This document shows positions 49,814 to 59,260 of a stretch of 64,000 bases of DNA, one piece after another (within the stretch, counting starts at the first letter, position 1; each line of letters opens with the position of its first letter). A model generated the notes under the pieces. That model was given only the letters and a program-made list of their open reading frames with translations, had not been told where the DNA came from and did no database searches. The position numbers and the translations under genes are program-made. The stretch comes from an uncultured Acidobacteriota bacterium (GTDB lineage: Bacteria; Actinomycetota; Acidimicrobiia; Spongiisociales; ZC4RG35). The stretch spans positions 160,001 to 224,000 of the forward strand of contig CAWHEU010000022.1 in the NCBI GenBank assembly GCA_963828465.1. The letters run 5' to 3'.

Positions 49814-49855
49814 GCAACGACCCGTTGGTCAAAGGCGGTCGCTAGCGAACGATCG

Positions 49856-50806
49856 CTAGAGCAGTGCTTGCAGATCGATGTCGCAGCTGGGGTGGCGTAG
49901 TTTGGCCAGCCCTCTCGCTTCGATCTGACGAACCCGTTCCCGGGTGGAGTTGATGACCTTGCCCACGTCGGACAAGGTCCAGGGCTCATCTCCATCGAGA
50001 CCGAAGCGCAGCCAGAGGACCTGTTGCTCTTCGGGATCGAGGATCTGAAGAGCCTTGATGAGCCGGTCCCGGCGCCATGCCGCCGCGGCACGGGCCTCGG
50101 GGTCCACTGCGGTCGCATCCTCGACGAAATCCTGCAGCGAGGCGTCGCCGTCTTCTCCCACGGGCCGGTCGAGGGAGACGGTCTCCGCCGGAGCCTCGAG
50201 TGCAGCCAGGACCCGCTCGGTATCCAGGCCGGAAGCCTCCGAGATCTCCTCGAGGGTGGGGGCGCGGTGGTATTTGTCGTGCAGGCTCTGGCGGGTGTCC
50301 TGGACCGTGCGAACCACATCGACCATGTGGACCGGGAGGCGGATGGTCTTGCCGTTGTTTCCCAGACCCCGCGTGATCGCCTGGCGGATCCACCAAGTGG
50401 CATATGTGGAGAACTTGAAGCCCTTGCGCCAGTCGAACTTCTCCACAGCCCGGATCAATCCCAGGTTGCCTTCCTGGATCAGGTCGAGAAGATCGAGGCC
50501 GCGCCCGGTGTATCGCTTGGCGATCGAGATGACCAAACGCAGGTTGGACCGGATGAAGGTCATCTTGGCCTCGTCGCCCTCGGCGACGAGACGCATCAGC
50601 TTGACCCGGTCCGCCTTTTCGTAATCACCCGATTCCAGCGTTGCCTTGGCCTTTTTCCCCAGCTCCATCGAACGCGAGAGATGGACTTCGTCCTCGGCGG
50701 TTAGGAGTAGGTGGGCCGAGACTTCGTCGAGATACAGGCCGACGGTGTCGGCGGGACTCGAGCCCCGCTCGGGTCTGGCGTCTTTGGCCCTTATGGCCTT
50801 CCCCAA
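49856..50806 (-). CDS. Sigma-70 family factor, group 2 (SigB/RpoS-like)
   Basis: NLRLVISIAKRY, DLIQEGNLGLIRAVEKFD, FSTYATWWIRQAI, TRERVRQIE; lacks region 1.1. Confidence 0.92.
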   Translation of the reverse strand: MGKAIRAKDARPERGSSPADTVGLYLDEVSAHLLLTAEDEVHLSRSMELGKKAKATLESGDYEKADRVKLMRLVAEGDEAKMTFIRSNLRLVISIAKRYTGRGLDLLDLIQEGNLGLIRAVEKFDWRKGFKFSTYATWWIRQAITRGLGNNGKTIRLPVHMVDVVRTVQDTRQSLHDKYHRAPTLEEISEASGLDTERVLAALEAPAETVSLDRPVGEDGDASLQDFVEDATAVDPEARAAAAWRRDRLIKALQILDPEEQQVLWLRFGLDGDEPWTLSDVGKVINSTRERVRQIEARGLAKLRHPSCDIDLQALL

Positions 50807-50912
50807 ATTCCGACCCTTCCTGTCAAGCCCTGTGGAAAACTAACGCTCCTGGCTGAATCTGGCAAACGGTTTTCTGTTTAACGCCCGGTGAACAAGTAAT
50901 CTCGGTCGCTCA

Positions 50913-52373
50913 GTGGCGCGTCGTTCCCAGTTTCGCTTGCTGGTGGCGCTCACCATCGTTTGGGCTTTGTGGGCAGGCTGGTCGCTGCTCGGACGTGAAA
51001 CCCCCTACACCCTCAGGGTGCTCGACGACGCTGGGGCGCCGATCGCGGCGGCGTCGGTTGATATCAACGAGAGTCAGGTGGGGACGAGCTCCGAGGACGG
51101 GACCATCGAGGTCGAATGGAATCGGTCTTCCACGGTCCTCGAGGTGAGTGCGGCCGGACACGTCCCAAAAACGGTGACGATCGCGGAGCGCCCCGACGAG
51201 GTCTTCGAGGTGGTGCTCAACGCGCGGATTCTCCGCGGCCGGGTCCTCGATCCGGCGGGCACGCCGGTCGAGTCGGCCGTGGTGGTGGCGGGGCCAGCTT
51301 CGGGAACCACCGATGCCGAGGGAAAGATCAGTCTCCGTGGGGCCGAGCCGGGGACGGTCGCCGTCTCCCGGCCAGCGTGGATACCCACGTCCTTCGAATG
51401 GGATGGTGGCGCCGGGGAATCTGTCGTCGAGATCGCGCCGTTCCTTGCTCGCGCCGTCCACATCGCAGGTGAGGCCGCCGGCGAGGACATCGATCGTTTC
51501 TTCGAGATGGCGCATACCACTGAGCTCAATGCCCTCATGCTCGATCTGAAGGACGAGACGGGGCTCGTCTGGTACAACAGCACTGACCCGACCGCGGCCG
51601 AGGTCGAGGCGATCCGAGGGGTTTACGACCTGAGCGCCGTCGCCGCCCGGGCGGAACAGGAGGATCTGTACCTGATCGGTCGGATCGTGGTCTTCAACGA
51701 TCCGACCGCAGCTGTGGCGAAGCCTGAGATGTCGGTCTGGGACAGCGCGACGGACCAGCTCTATCAGTCCAACGGGCAGTACTTCCTCGACCCCACCGAC
51801 CCGGAGGCGCGGGCCTATGGGCTGGCGATCGCCCAGGAGGCATGTTCCATGGGTCTGGACGAGGTGCAGTTCGATTACATCCGCTTCCCCGACAAGCGAA
51901 CCGACTCCACCACGTTCGACCAAGGGGTGAGCCTCGAAACGAGGACGGCGACGATCATTGGCTTCCTGGAAGAGGCGGTCGCCATGCTTCATCCGATGGG
52001 TTGCGCTGTCGGCGCCGATGTGTTCGGCTTTACGACGGCCGCGGCCGACGATGGCGGGATCGGCCAGAACTGGGATCAGGTCACCCAGGTTGTCGATGTC
52101 GCTTCTCCGATGGTGTATCCGTCCCATTACACGTCGGGTTGGTATGACTTCGAGACTCCCAACGACCATCCCGGTCCAATGGTCACTAACGCCATCCAGG
52201 ACGGGATGGACCGGTTGTCGAGGAACGTGGTGGTTCGTCCCTGGCTGCAGGACTTCGGATACACCCCGGACCAGGTTCGGGCCCAGATCGAGGTGGCCGA
52301 GGACTACGGCCTCGGCTGGATGCTGTGGAATGCGGCGTCCAATGTCACGGTCGACGCCCTCCGGGCGGAGTAA
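50913..52373 (+). CDS. Putative glycoside hydrolase (DUF4015-like) with N-terminal carboxypeptidase-regulatory-like domains
   Basis: LDLKDETG, RIVVFND, DEVQFDYIRFP, SPMVYPSHY, RPWLQDF, MLWNA. Confidence 0.85.
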   Translation: MARRSQFRLLVALTIVWALWAGWSLLGRETPYTLRVLDDAGAPIAAASVDINESQVGTSSEDGTIEVEWNRSSTVLEVSAAGHVPKTVTIAERPDEVFEVVLNARILRGRVLDPAGTPVESAVVVAGPASGTTDAEGKISLRGAEPGTVAVSRPAWIPTSFEWDGGAGESVVEIAPFLARAVHIAGEAAGEDIDRFFEMAHTTELNALMLDLKDETGLVWYNSTDPTAAEVEAIRGVYDLSAVAARAEQEDLYLIGRIVVFNDPTAAVAKPEMSVWDSATDQLYQSNGQYFLDPTDPEARAYGLAIAQEACSMGLDEVQFDYIRFPDKRTDSTTFDQGVSLETRTATIIGFLEEAVAMLHPMGCAVGADVFGFTTAAADDGGIGQNWDQVTQVVDVASPMVYPSHYTSGWYDFETPNDHPGPMVTNAIQDGMDRLSRNVVVRPWLQDFGYTPDQVRAQIEVAEDYGLGWMLWNAASNVTVDALRAE

Positions 52374-52376
52374 TAA

Positions 52377-52431
52377 CCCCCTCCGGCCCTTCGGGCCACC
52401 TCCCCCAACGTCGCTCCGCTCCTGGGGGAGG
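52377..52431. repeat. REP-like double-hairpin element
   Basis: GGCCC-TTC-GGGCC plus CCTCCCCCA...TGGGGGAGG; single copy in the window. Confidence 0.5.
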
Positions 52432-52434
52432 AGA

Positions 52435-52465
52435 ATTCGCACTATGGGCATAGGTGAAATACCAT
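52435..52465 (+). promoter_or_regulatory. suf operator copy 1 overlapping a TACCAT -10
   Basis: ATTC-GCA-CTAT-GGGC-ATAG-GTG-AAAT-ACCATT; twin at 61240-61270. Confidence 0.7.
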
Positions 52466-52490
52466 TCTCTCTTCCCTTCCGGAGCAGTAT

Positions 52491-53753
52491 TTGACCGCGT
52501 TCGACCGAGAGAATCTGGCCCTGATCACCGCCTCTGCCCCAGGCTGGAGGCGATCCCAGATGGAGGCGGCATACGAGGTCTTCGCTGCCCTCGACGAGCC
52601 CACCGGAGCCGAAGAAGACTGGCGGTACGTCGAGTTCGAGCACAGCTTCTCCGAGCTCCAGCCGGTTGCCGATCCGGGCATGGAGCTCGAACCGGGCCCA
52701 TTTGTCACATCTCTCCCGGAGCGATCCGGGCGCGTCTTGATCGTCGATGGCAAGGTCTTGGCGCATCACTCCGACGTCGCCACTGTCCGTCGCTTTTCCG
52801 AGCTCGACGACGATCCGGGATTCACCGGGATGGTGCCGACCGACCACAACAAGCTGGCGGCAGCCCATGCTGCCTTCTCCACGGAGGGCGCTCGGATCGA
52901 GGTGCCGGCAAACACGGTCATGGAGAGGCCATTGGTGGTCGAGATTCAGGCCACCACGGCGGGGACGGCTTCCTTCCCGCATCTTCAGGTCATCGTCGGC
53001 GAGAACGCCGAAGCAATCGTCCTCGTGGACTACCGGTCGGCCGATGGTGCCCGACTTCTACTCGTTCCCAGGATCGATCTTGAAGTGGGGAGCGGGGGAC
53101 GCTTGCGTTTCGTCTCGGTCCAAGGCCTCGACCACGCCGCGACCAACGTCGTGCATCAACGGGCGGTGTTGGGCCGCGACTCAACATCCCGCATCGGTGA
53201 GGTGGGTTTGGGCGCCAAGTTGGGCCGGCTCGATCTCGGTGTCAGCCTGGTCGGGGACGGTTCCTCTTCGGAGGTGGTCGGTCTCTATTTCGGGGAAGGC
53301 GACCAGACACTCGACTACCGGATGCTTATCGACCATCAGGGTCGCAGCACCACATCCGACGTCTTTCTCAAGGGCGCGGTCGAGGACGATGCTCAGAGTG
53401 TTTTCACGGGCCTCCTGCGGATAGAGAAGGACGCGGCGCGCACCTCGACCTTCGAGACCAACAGGAACCTCGTGCTCTCGGAGAACGCAAAGGCGCACTC
53501 AGTGCCCAACCTCGAGATCCTCTGCAACGACGTCATCTGTGGCCACGCCTCCTCGGTAGGCCCGCTGGAATCCGAGCACCTGTACTACCTGATGAGCCGG
53601 GGACTGAGGCGAGAACGAGCAGAGAGACTGTTGATCCGCGGCTTTTTCCAACAGGTGATCGATCGGCTTCCCATCGAAGATCTCGGGGAGCCTGTTTCCG
53701 ATGAGGTGTTCCGACGGTTCGTGGCGGCCCAGGAGGAGGGCCGGGTCGCATGA
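52491..53753 (+). CDS. sufD: Fe-S cluster assembly protein SufD
   Basis: EEDWRY, KGAVEDDAQSVFTG, NRNLVLS, VPNLEILCNDVICGHASSVG, YLMSRG. Confidence 0.88.
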   Translation: MTAFDRENLALITASAPGWRRSQMEAAYEVFAALDEPTGAEEDWRYVEFEHSFSELQPVADPGMELEPGPFVTSLPERSGRVLIVDGKVLAHHSDVATVRRFSELDDDPGFTGMVPTDHNKLAAAHAAFSTEGARIEVPANTVMERPLVVEIQATTAGTASFPHLQVIVGENAEAIVLVDYRSADGARLLLVPRIDLEVGSGGRLRFVSVQGLDHAATNVVHQRAVLGRDSTSRIGEVGLGAKLGRLDLGVSLVGDGSSSEVVGLYFGEGDQTLDYRMLIDHQGRSTTSDVFLKGAVEDDAQSVFTGLLRIEKDAARTSTFETNRNLVLSENAKAHSVPNLEILCNDVICGHASSVGPLESEHLYYLMSRGLRRERAERLLIRGFFQQVIDRLPIEDLGEPVSDEVFRRFVAAQEEGRVA

Positions 53754-54061
53754 AGGTGGAGATCGGCGCCTTCGACACGCTGCCCCGCGACCGCGGCATC
53801 CGCGTCACGCTGGGTGACGATCGGATTGCGATGTTCCGGATCGGTGACGAGGTGTTCGCCGTCGGAGACCGTTGCTCACACGCCGAGGCGTCTCTCGCCG
53901 AAGGTGAAGTCTTCGACTACGAAGTGGAATGCCCGCGACACGGCTCCGCGTTCGACCTCCGCACTGGAAAGCCCTTGGCGTTACCGGCTACGAAGCCGGT
54001 GCCGATCTACGAGGTCGCTATCGAGGAAGGCGTCGTCTATCTCCTTTGGGAGGAATCATGA
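53750..54061 (+). CDS. Rieske-type ferredoxin (suf-associated)
   Basis: CSH...CPRHGSAFDLRTG. Confidence 0.9.
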   Translation: MKVEIGAFDTLPRDRGIRVTLGDDRIAMFRIGDEVFAVGDRCSHAEASLAEGEVFDYEVECPRHGSAFDLRTGKPLALPATKPVPIYEVAIEEGVVYLLWEES

Positions 54062-54858
54062 CCACCGCGCTCGACGTCCGTGGACTGTCGGCTGGAGTCG
54101 ATGGAAAGCAGATCCTCGAAAATCTCGACCTGGTCGTCCCGTTCGGGGAGGTGCACGCTCTCATGGGCCCCAACGGGTCGGGCAAGTCCACTCTCTGCCA
54201 TGTCCTGACGGGCAAGGCCGGCTACGTGGTGTCAGGCGAAGCTCTTCTCGAGGGCAATGAGCTGTTGTCCCTCGACGTGGACGAGCGCGCTCGACTTGGC
54301 CTCCTCCAGAGCTTTCAGTACCCGACAGAGGTCCCCGGCGTCGGCCTCCGGGAGTTCCTCCTCGAGGCTGCGGAAGAGCGCGGGATCTCCGAGGCCGAGG
54401 CAATGGAGCGGATAGACAGGGAGGCTGCTCGCTTCGACGTGACGCGATTCCTCGATCGGGCCGTCAACAACGACCTCTCGGGAGGCGAGATGAAGCGGTC
54501 TGAGATCTTCCAGATGGCGGTGCTCAGCCCGCGTGTCGCCCTTCTCGACGAGATCGACTCGGGCCTCGACATCGATGCGGTGAAACAGGTGGCCCAGGCA
54601 GTGGAGGAAATGCGCTCTCCCGAACTCGGGGTGTTGATGATCACTCACTACAACCGAATCCTCCGCTACGTGAAGCCGGACCGAATCCACGTCATGATTG
54701 GAGGCCGCATCGTCGACTCCGGCGGCGCCGAGCTTGCAGAAGAGCTCGAAGCGGGTGGTTACAAGGCGATCAGGGAGCGTCTGGGATTGGTCGAGACCAG
54801 CAGCGAACCGGCTCGACGACCGGCGGATTTCTTCACCGACACCCCCTTCGACGTGTGA
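54058..54858 (+). CDS. sufC: Fe-S cluster assembly ATPase SufC (paralogue 1)
   Basis: MGPNGSGKST, FQYPTEVPGV, LSGGEMKR, LDEIDSGLDIDA, ITHY. Confidence 0.9.
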   Translation: MTTALDVRGLSAGVDGKQILENLDLVVPFGEVHALMGPNGSGKSTLCHVLTGKAGYVVSGEALLEGNELLSLDVDERARLGLLQSFQYPTEVPGVGLREFLLEAAEERGISEAEAMERIDREAARFDVTRFLDRAVNNDLSGGEMKRSEIFQMAVLSPRVALLDEIDSGLDIDAVKQVAQAVEEMRSPELGVLMITHYNRILRYVKPDRIHVMIGGRIVDSGGAELAEELEAGGYKAIRERLGLVETSSEPARRPADFFTDTPFDV

Positions 54859-54871
54859 ATCCCCACTTCTG

Positions 54872-55948
54872 ATGGCGTCGCGGACGGCTGCCGAGAAGTG
54901 GCTGGGTGCGCTCACCAACCTTCCCACCGCCTCGGGGCGCGAACACCTGGTCGTCGCATGGGTCAGGAATTGGGTGAAACGCCGTCCTGATCTGAGGTTG
55001 ACCGAGGATTCGGGCGGGAACCTCCTCATCACGAGGAAGGGAAAGAAGCGACGGGATCCGGTCCTTGCCGTGGCCCATATGGATCATCCCGCCTTCGTTG
55101 TCACCGGCGTCGAGGGCCAGACGGCGACTTTCCAGTTCCGGGGTGGGGTCAGACCGGAGTACTTCTCCAACGCGAGGGTCGATTTCGTCACTGGCTCAGC
55201 GAGGGGTGGGCGCGTGGCGTCCTACGACCCACGGGGACGGATCGGCGTGATAGATGTGAAGGGGACTGGCCCTGAGCCCGGGGATATCGCCCGCTGGCAT
55301 GTCGTCACCACGAGACCGCGAGCAGGTCGTCTGATGGCGCCGGCGTGCGACGATCTGGCCGGGTGCGCGGCGGCACTGGCAGCGCTGGATCAGGCCAGGG
55401 AAAGGGCCGATCTCGCCCATTTCGGCGTACTCCTCACCCGCGCCGAGGAGATGGGCTTTGTCGGCGCCATCCATGCCGCGGTCACGCGGAGCATTCCAGC
55501 CGATGCCCGTCTTCTCTCCATCGAGACGTCTCGGGCTTCTGCCGAAGCCCCGCTGGGAGGTGGGCCCGTGATCCGCGTGGGTGATGCGGTCACCGTGTTC
55601 GATCAGGAACTGACCAATCGAATCAGCCGGGCGGCCGCGGGGACCGGGTTGCGTCATCAGCGCAAACTGATGGTGGGAGGCGCCTGTGAGGCCACGGCAT
55701 TCGGGGTCTATGGCTATGTCGCCACCGGGCTTTGCCTCCCGCTCGGGAACTATCACAACATGGGAAACCTCGACGAAGTCGAAGCCGGGACCGGGAAGGC
55801 CCGGCCCATGTTGGAGGAAGTCTCGTTGGACGACTTCCACGGTCTCGTCGATCTCCTCTTGGTCGCCGCCGAGGCTGTGGACCATGAGGGCAACCTGCGT
55901 GAGCGTCTCGACATCGGGTATTCAGACGGCCGCCGTCTCCTCGGGTGA
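54872..55948 (+). CDS. M42/M20/M28-like metallopeptidase
   Basis: AHMDH, CDD, RAEEMG and YHN metal/catalytic ligands. Confidence 0.78.
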   Translation: MASRTAAEKWLGALTNLPTASGREHLVVAWVRNWVKRRPDLRLTEDSGGNLLITRKGKKRRDPVLAVAHMDHPAFVVTGVEGQTATFQFRGGVRPEYFSNARVDFVTGSARGGRVASYDPRGRIGVIDVKGTGPEPGDIARWHVVTTRPRAGRLMAPACDDLAGCAAALAALDQARERADLAHFGVLLTRAEEMGFVGAIHAAVTRSIPADARLLSIETSRASAEAPLGGGPVIRVGDAVTVFDQELTNRISRAAAGTGLRHQRKLMVGGACEATAFGVYGYVATGLCLPLGNYHNMGNLDEVEAGTGKARPMLEEVSLDDFHGLVDLLLVAAEAVDHEGNLRERLDIGYSDGRRLLG

Positions 55949-55992
55949 CGATGTCCGTGGCCCACTACCGTCGGTGTCGAAAGGAGAATTGA

Positions 55993-57384
55993 GTGGAGTT
56001 CAGGGTCGAGAAGGACTCGATGGGTGAGGTGCAGGTCCCGGCAGATGCCTACTACGGCGCCTCCACTCAGCGGGCCGTGGAGAACTTCCCAATCTCCCAG
56101 CTCCGCTTCGGGAGGGGATTCATCTGGGCGCTCGGGCTGATCAAGGGCTCCGCAGCCGAGATCTCAGGGCGACAGGGCCATCTCGACCAGGACAAGGCGG
56201 ACGCGATCAGGGTGGCTGCCGACGAGGTGATGGACGGCCGCCACGATCAGCAGTTCGTGCTCGACATCTTCCAGACCGGGTCCGGCACCTCGACAAACAC
56301 CAACGCCAACGAAGTCATCGCGGGACGAGCGACCGAGATCCTGGGCGGTGAGACGGGATCAGGTCTCGTTCATCCGAATGACGATGTGAACTTCGGCCAG
56401 TCATCGAACGACGTCATTCCCACCGCAATCCATGTTGCAGCCGTTGCGGCCATCAGAGAGGATTTGATGCCGGCCCTCGCCGGGCTCGCCGGCTCGTTGG
56501 AGGCCAAGGCCGCCGAGTTCGAAGACGTCGTGAAATCCGGGAGGACTCACCTCATGGACGCCACCCCTGTCACTCTGGGCCAGGAGTTCGGCGGATGGGC
56601 GGCTCAGGTCCAAAAGGGGATCGAGCGCTTGGAAAACGTGCTGCCAGAGTTGGAGGAACTGGCGCTGGGCGGAACCGCCGTTGGGACCGGGATCAACGCA
56701 CCCTCCGGTTTCGCCGCCGCGGTCATCGGATTGATGGCCGAGGGCACAGGGTTCGCCTTCACGGAAGCCGGGAATCATTTCGAAGCGCAGGGATCCAAGG
56801 ATGCCGTGGTGATGGCTTCGGGCGTCCTCAAGACGATTGCCACGTCGCTCTTCAAGATCGCCAACGACATCCGCTTTCTCGGATCCGGGCCGACTTCGGG
56901 GATCGCCGAGATCAGGATCCCCGAGCTGCAACCCGGATCCTCGATCATGCCGGGCAAGGTCAACCCGGTCATGTCCGAGATGATGATGCAGGTCGCGGCG
57001 CAGGTCGTCGGCAACGATGCAACGGTCACCTGGAGCGGGGCGAACGGAAACTTCGAGCTCAACGTGATGATGCCGGTCATGGCTCACAACCTTCTCGAGT
57101 CGATCGGCCTCCTCGCCGCGGCCTCCAGGACCTTCGCCACGAGATGTGTCGATGGCATCGAGGCCAACTCCGAGCGGGTTCGTGAGCTCCTGGAGCGAAA
57201 TGCAGTCGTGGTCACCGCGCTCAACCCGCACATCGGCTACGACAACGGGGCCCGAATCGTGAAGGAAGCAGCTGCCACGGGCCGGTCGATTCGTGAGTTG
57301 GTGCTCGAGGCCGGGTTGATGACCGCCGAAGAGCTGGACTCCGCTCTCGATCTGAAGAAGATGACCGAGGGCGGGATCAGCTGA
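55993..57384 (+). CDS. fumC: Class II fumarate hydratase
   Basis: [37 protein letters not shown]. Confidence 0.93.
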   Translation: MEFRVEKDSMGEVQVPADAYYGASTQRAVENFPISQLRFGRGFIWALGLIKGSAAEISGRQGHLDQDKADAIRVAADEVMDGRHDQQFVLDIFQTGSGTSTNTNANEVIAGRATEILGGETGSGLVHPNDDVNFGQSSNDVIPTAIHVAAVAAIREDLMPALAGLAGSLEAKAAEFEDVVKSGRTHLMDATPVTLGQEFGGWAAQVQKGIERLENVLPELEELALGGTAVGTGINAPSGFAAAVIGLMAEGTGFAFTEAGNHFEAQGSKDAVVMASGVLKTIATSLFKIANDIRFLGSGPTSGIAEIRIPELQPGSSIMPGKVNPVMSEMMMQVAAQVVGNDATVTWSGANGNFELNVMMPVMAHNLLESIGLLAAASRTFATRCVDGIEANSERVRELLERNAVVVTALNPHIGYDNGARIVKEAAATGRSIRELVLEAGLMTAEELDSALDLKKMTEGGIS

Positions 57385-57385
57385 G

Positions 57386-58607
57386 GTGGCCGAGGCCACG
57401 CTCACCGTCGCCGGCTTGTTGGACACCCTCGACGCGGCGGTGGGGTCAGCGGTTCCCGGGCCGGTGTGGGTGCGAGGGGAGGTGTCGGGGTTTCAACGCA
57501 CCAGCCGTGGTGCCGCTTTCTTCCGGCTGGTCGATCCTGAGCAGCCCGACAACGCGATCGAAGTGGCCGCCTCGGGTCGAATGATGATGACCGTCACCCA
57601 TGCTTTGGAATCCGCTGGAGTCGGCGGGCTGCGAAGCGGAATCGAGGTTCGGGTGAGGGCGACTGTCGGGGTTCGTCACAACAGGGGGCATATCCAACTG
57701 AGTCTTCTCGAGGTCGACCCTTCGTTCACCGCCGGCCGGCTTGCCCTGGATCGTGACGAAGTCCTTCGACGGCTCGCCGGCGACGGCTCGCTCGCTGCCA
57801 ACAAGCGGCTGGAGCTCCCGACAGTGCCGCTGCGGATCGGGCTCGTGACAAGTCGCGGATCAGCCGCCCATGCCGACTTCCTCGATCAGCTTCGGCGCCC
57901 CGGCTATCGGTTCTCGGTCCGGACGGTGCAGGCGGCCATGCAGGGAGACAGAGCCGTGGCGAATGTGGTTCAGGCGCTGAGACGGCTGGGGACCGAGGAC
58001 GTCGATGTCGTTGCCGTGGTCCGAGGGGGAGGCTCGAAGCTGGACCTGGCCTCCTTCGACGCGGAGGAGGTGGGCCGGGCGGTTGCTGCGATGCCTGTCC
58101 CAGTCATCACCGGGATCGGGCACGAGACGGACAGGACTGTCGCGGATGAGGCAGCCGCCGTATCGCTGAAGACGCCCACGGCGGCCGCGGAGTGGATCGT
58201 GGCAAGGGTGGCCGACTACGCGGGCCGAGTGGATACTGCGACACACACGATTCGAGATGCTGCCCGCTCGGCCTGGAATGGCGCCGTGGTCCGCCTCGAC
58301 CACTCGGCTTCACAACTCGCCGGCACTCGCAGCGTGTTGCGGCGGCAGATGGATGCACATCGACCTTCTGGAGCAGGGAGTGATCGAAGGGTCCCGAACA
58401 GGTCTCCAAAGGCACCGGGACCATCTGTCCGTCTTCGCCGAGATGTTCGCCGCCATCGGTGTCGGGCCGACGCTGCGACGAGGATTCGCCCTCGTCACCA
58501 GGCCCGACGGATCGGTGGTGCGCAGCGCCGGTGAGTTGGGGGCCGGTGATCGGGTGACAGTGAGATTGGCCGACGGGTCCGTGACGATGGTGGTGGAGGA
58601 GCGATGA
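57386..58607 (+). CDS. xseA: Exodeoxyribonuclease VII large subunit, +1 frameshift near 58355
   Basis: VWVRGEVS, RGGGS, ITGIGHETD, TPTAAA; C-terminal TLRRGFALV...LADG in the next frame. Confidence 0.88.
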
Positions 58608-58802
58608 CCGACTCGCAGCCGACCTATCGGGAGGCGTTGGATGAGTTGAGGGCCATCCACGCCCGCCTGCGCGACGACGAGGTCGATGTCGACACTCTGC
58701 TCGCCGACGTTCAGCGGGCCTCGGATCTGCTCGCCTATCTGCCGTGAACGCCTCAATTCTGTGGGTGAGCGACTCGAAGAGGTCCTAACCGACTTCGAGT
58801 AG
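58604..58802 (+). CDS. xseB: Exodeoxyribonuclease VII small subunit, +1 frameshift near 58739
   Basis: Absent from ORF track. MTDSQPTYREALDELRAIHARLRDDEVDVDTLLADVQRASDLLAY|CRERLNSVGERLEEVLTDFE*; ATGA overlap with xseA. Confidence 0.82.
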
Positions 58803-58810
58803 GGGCTGGT

Positions 58811-59260
58811 CTACCCGGTCTCTCCCAACGCCTCGAGCAGGACGTTCCAGCCAAGGCTGGCGCATTTGATGCGGACCGGGTACTTGCGCACGCCTTGGAG
58901 AGACTCGAGGTCGCCGAGCACTGCGCCAGGGCGATCGGGGTCGAGCTCGATCTCGGCCTGCCCGTCCAGGGACATCATGTCGCGGAATCGTTGGGTAAGG
59001 GCTTCGATCTCCGCTCGGGTTTTGCCCTTGATCGCCTCGGTCATCATCGATGCCGAGGACTGGCTGATCGAGCAACCCTGCCCGTCGATCGCCACCTCGG
59101 AGACCTTGTCGTCCTCGAAGTTGAGCTCGATCGTGAGCTCGTCACCACACAACGGGTTGACGCCTTCGGCTCTGGCGTCGGGGTTCTCCAGGTGCCCCTT
59201 GTTCCGAGGGCTGCGGTAGTGATCCAGGATTACCTCCCGATAGAGGTCCTCCAGACTCAC
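58811..59260 (-). CDS. sufU: SUF system NifU-family protein
   Basis: LYREVILDHY, NPLCGD, GCSISQSSAS, RIKCA. Confidence 0.93.
   Translation of the reverse strand: MSLEDLYREVILDHYRSPRNKGHLENPDARAEGVNPLCGDELTIELNFEDDKVSEVAIDGQGCSISQSSASMMTEAIKGKTRAEIEALTQRFRDMMSLDGQAEIELDPDRPGAVLGDLESLQGVRKYPVRIKCASLGWNVLLEALGETG

Noticed and set aside
50831-50839. DnaA-box-like TGTGGAAAA upstream of the sigma gene
   Set aside because: A single imperfect copy with no origin context.
50910-52982. Long antisense ORFs (690 aa here; also 1832-3040, 6298-7644, 46023-47459)
   Set aside because: Shadow frames opposite well-supported genes, typical of high-GC codon bias; no recognisable motifs.
4060-58760. Programmed ribosomal frameshifting at the split genes
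   Set aside because: No shared slippery sequence or stimulatory structure, and the genes are unrelated; sequencing error is simpler.
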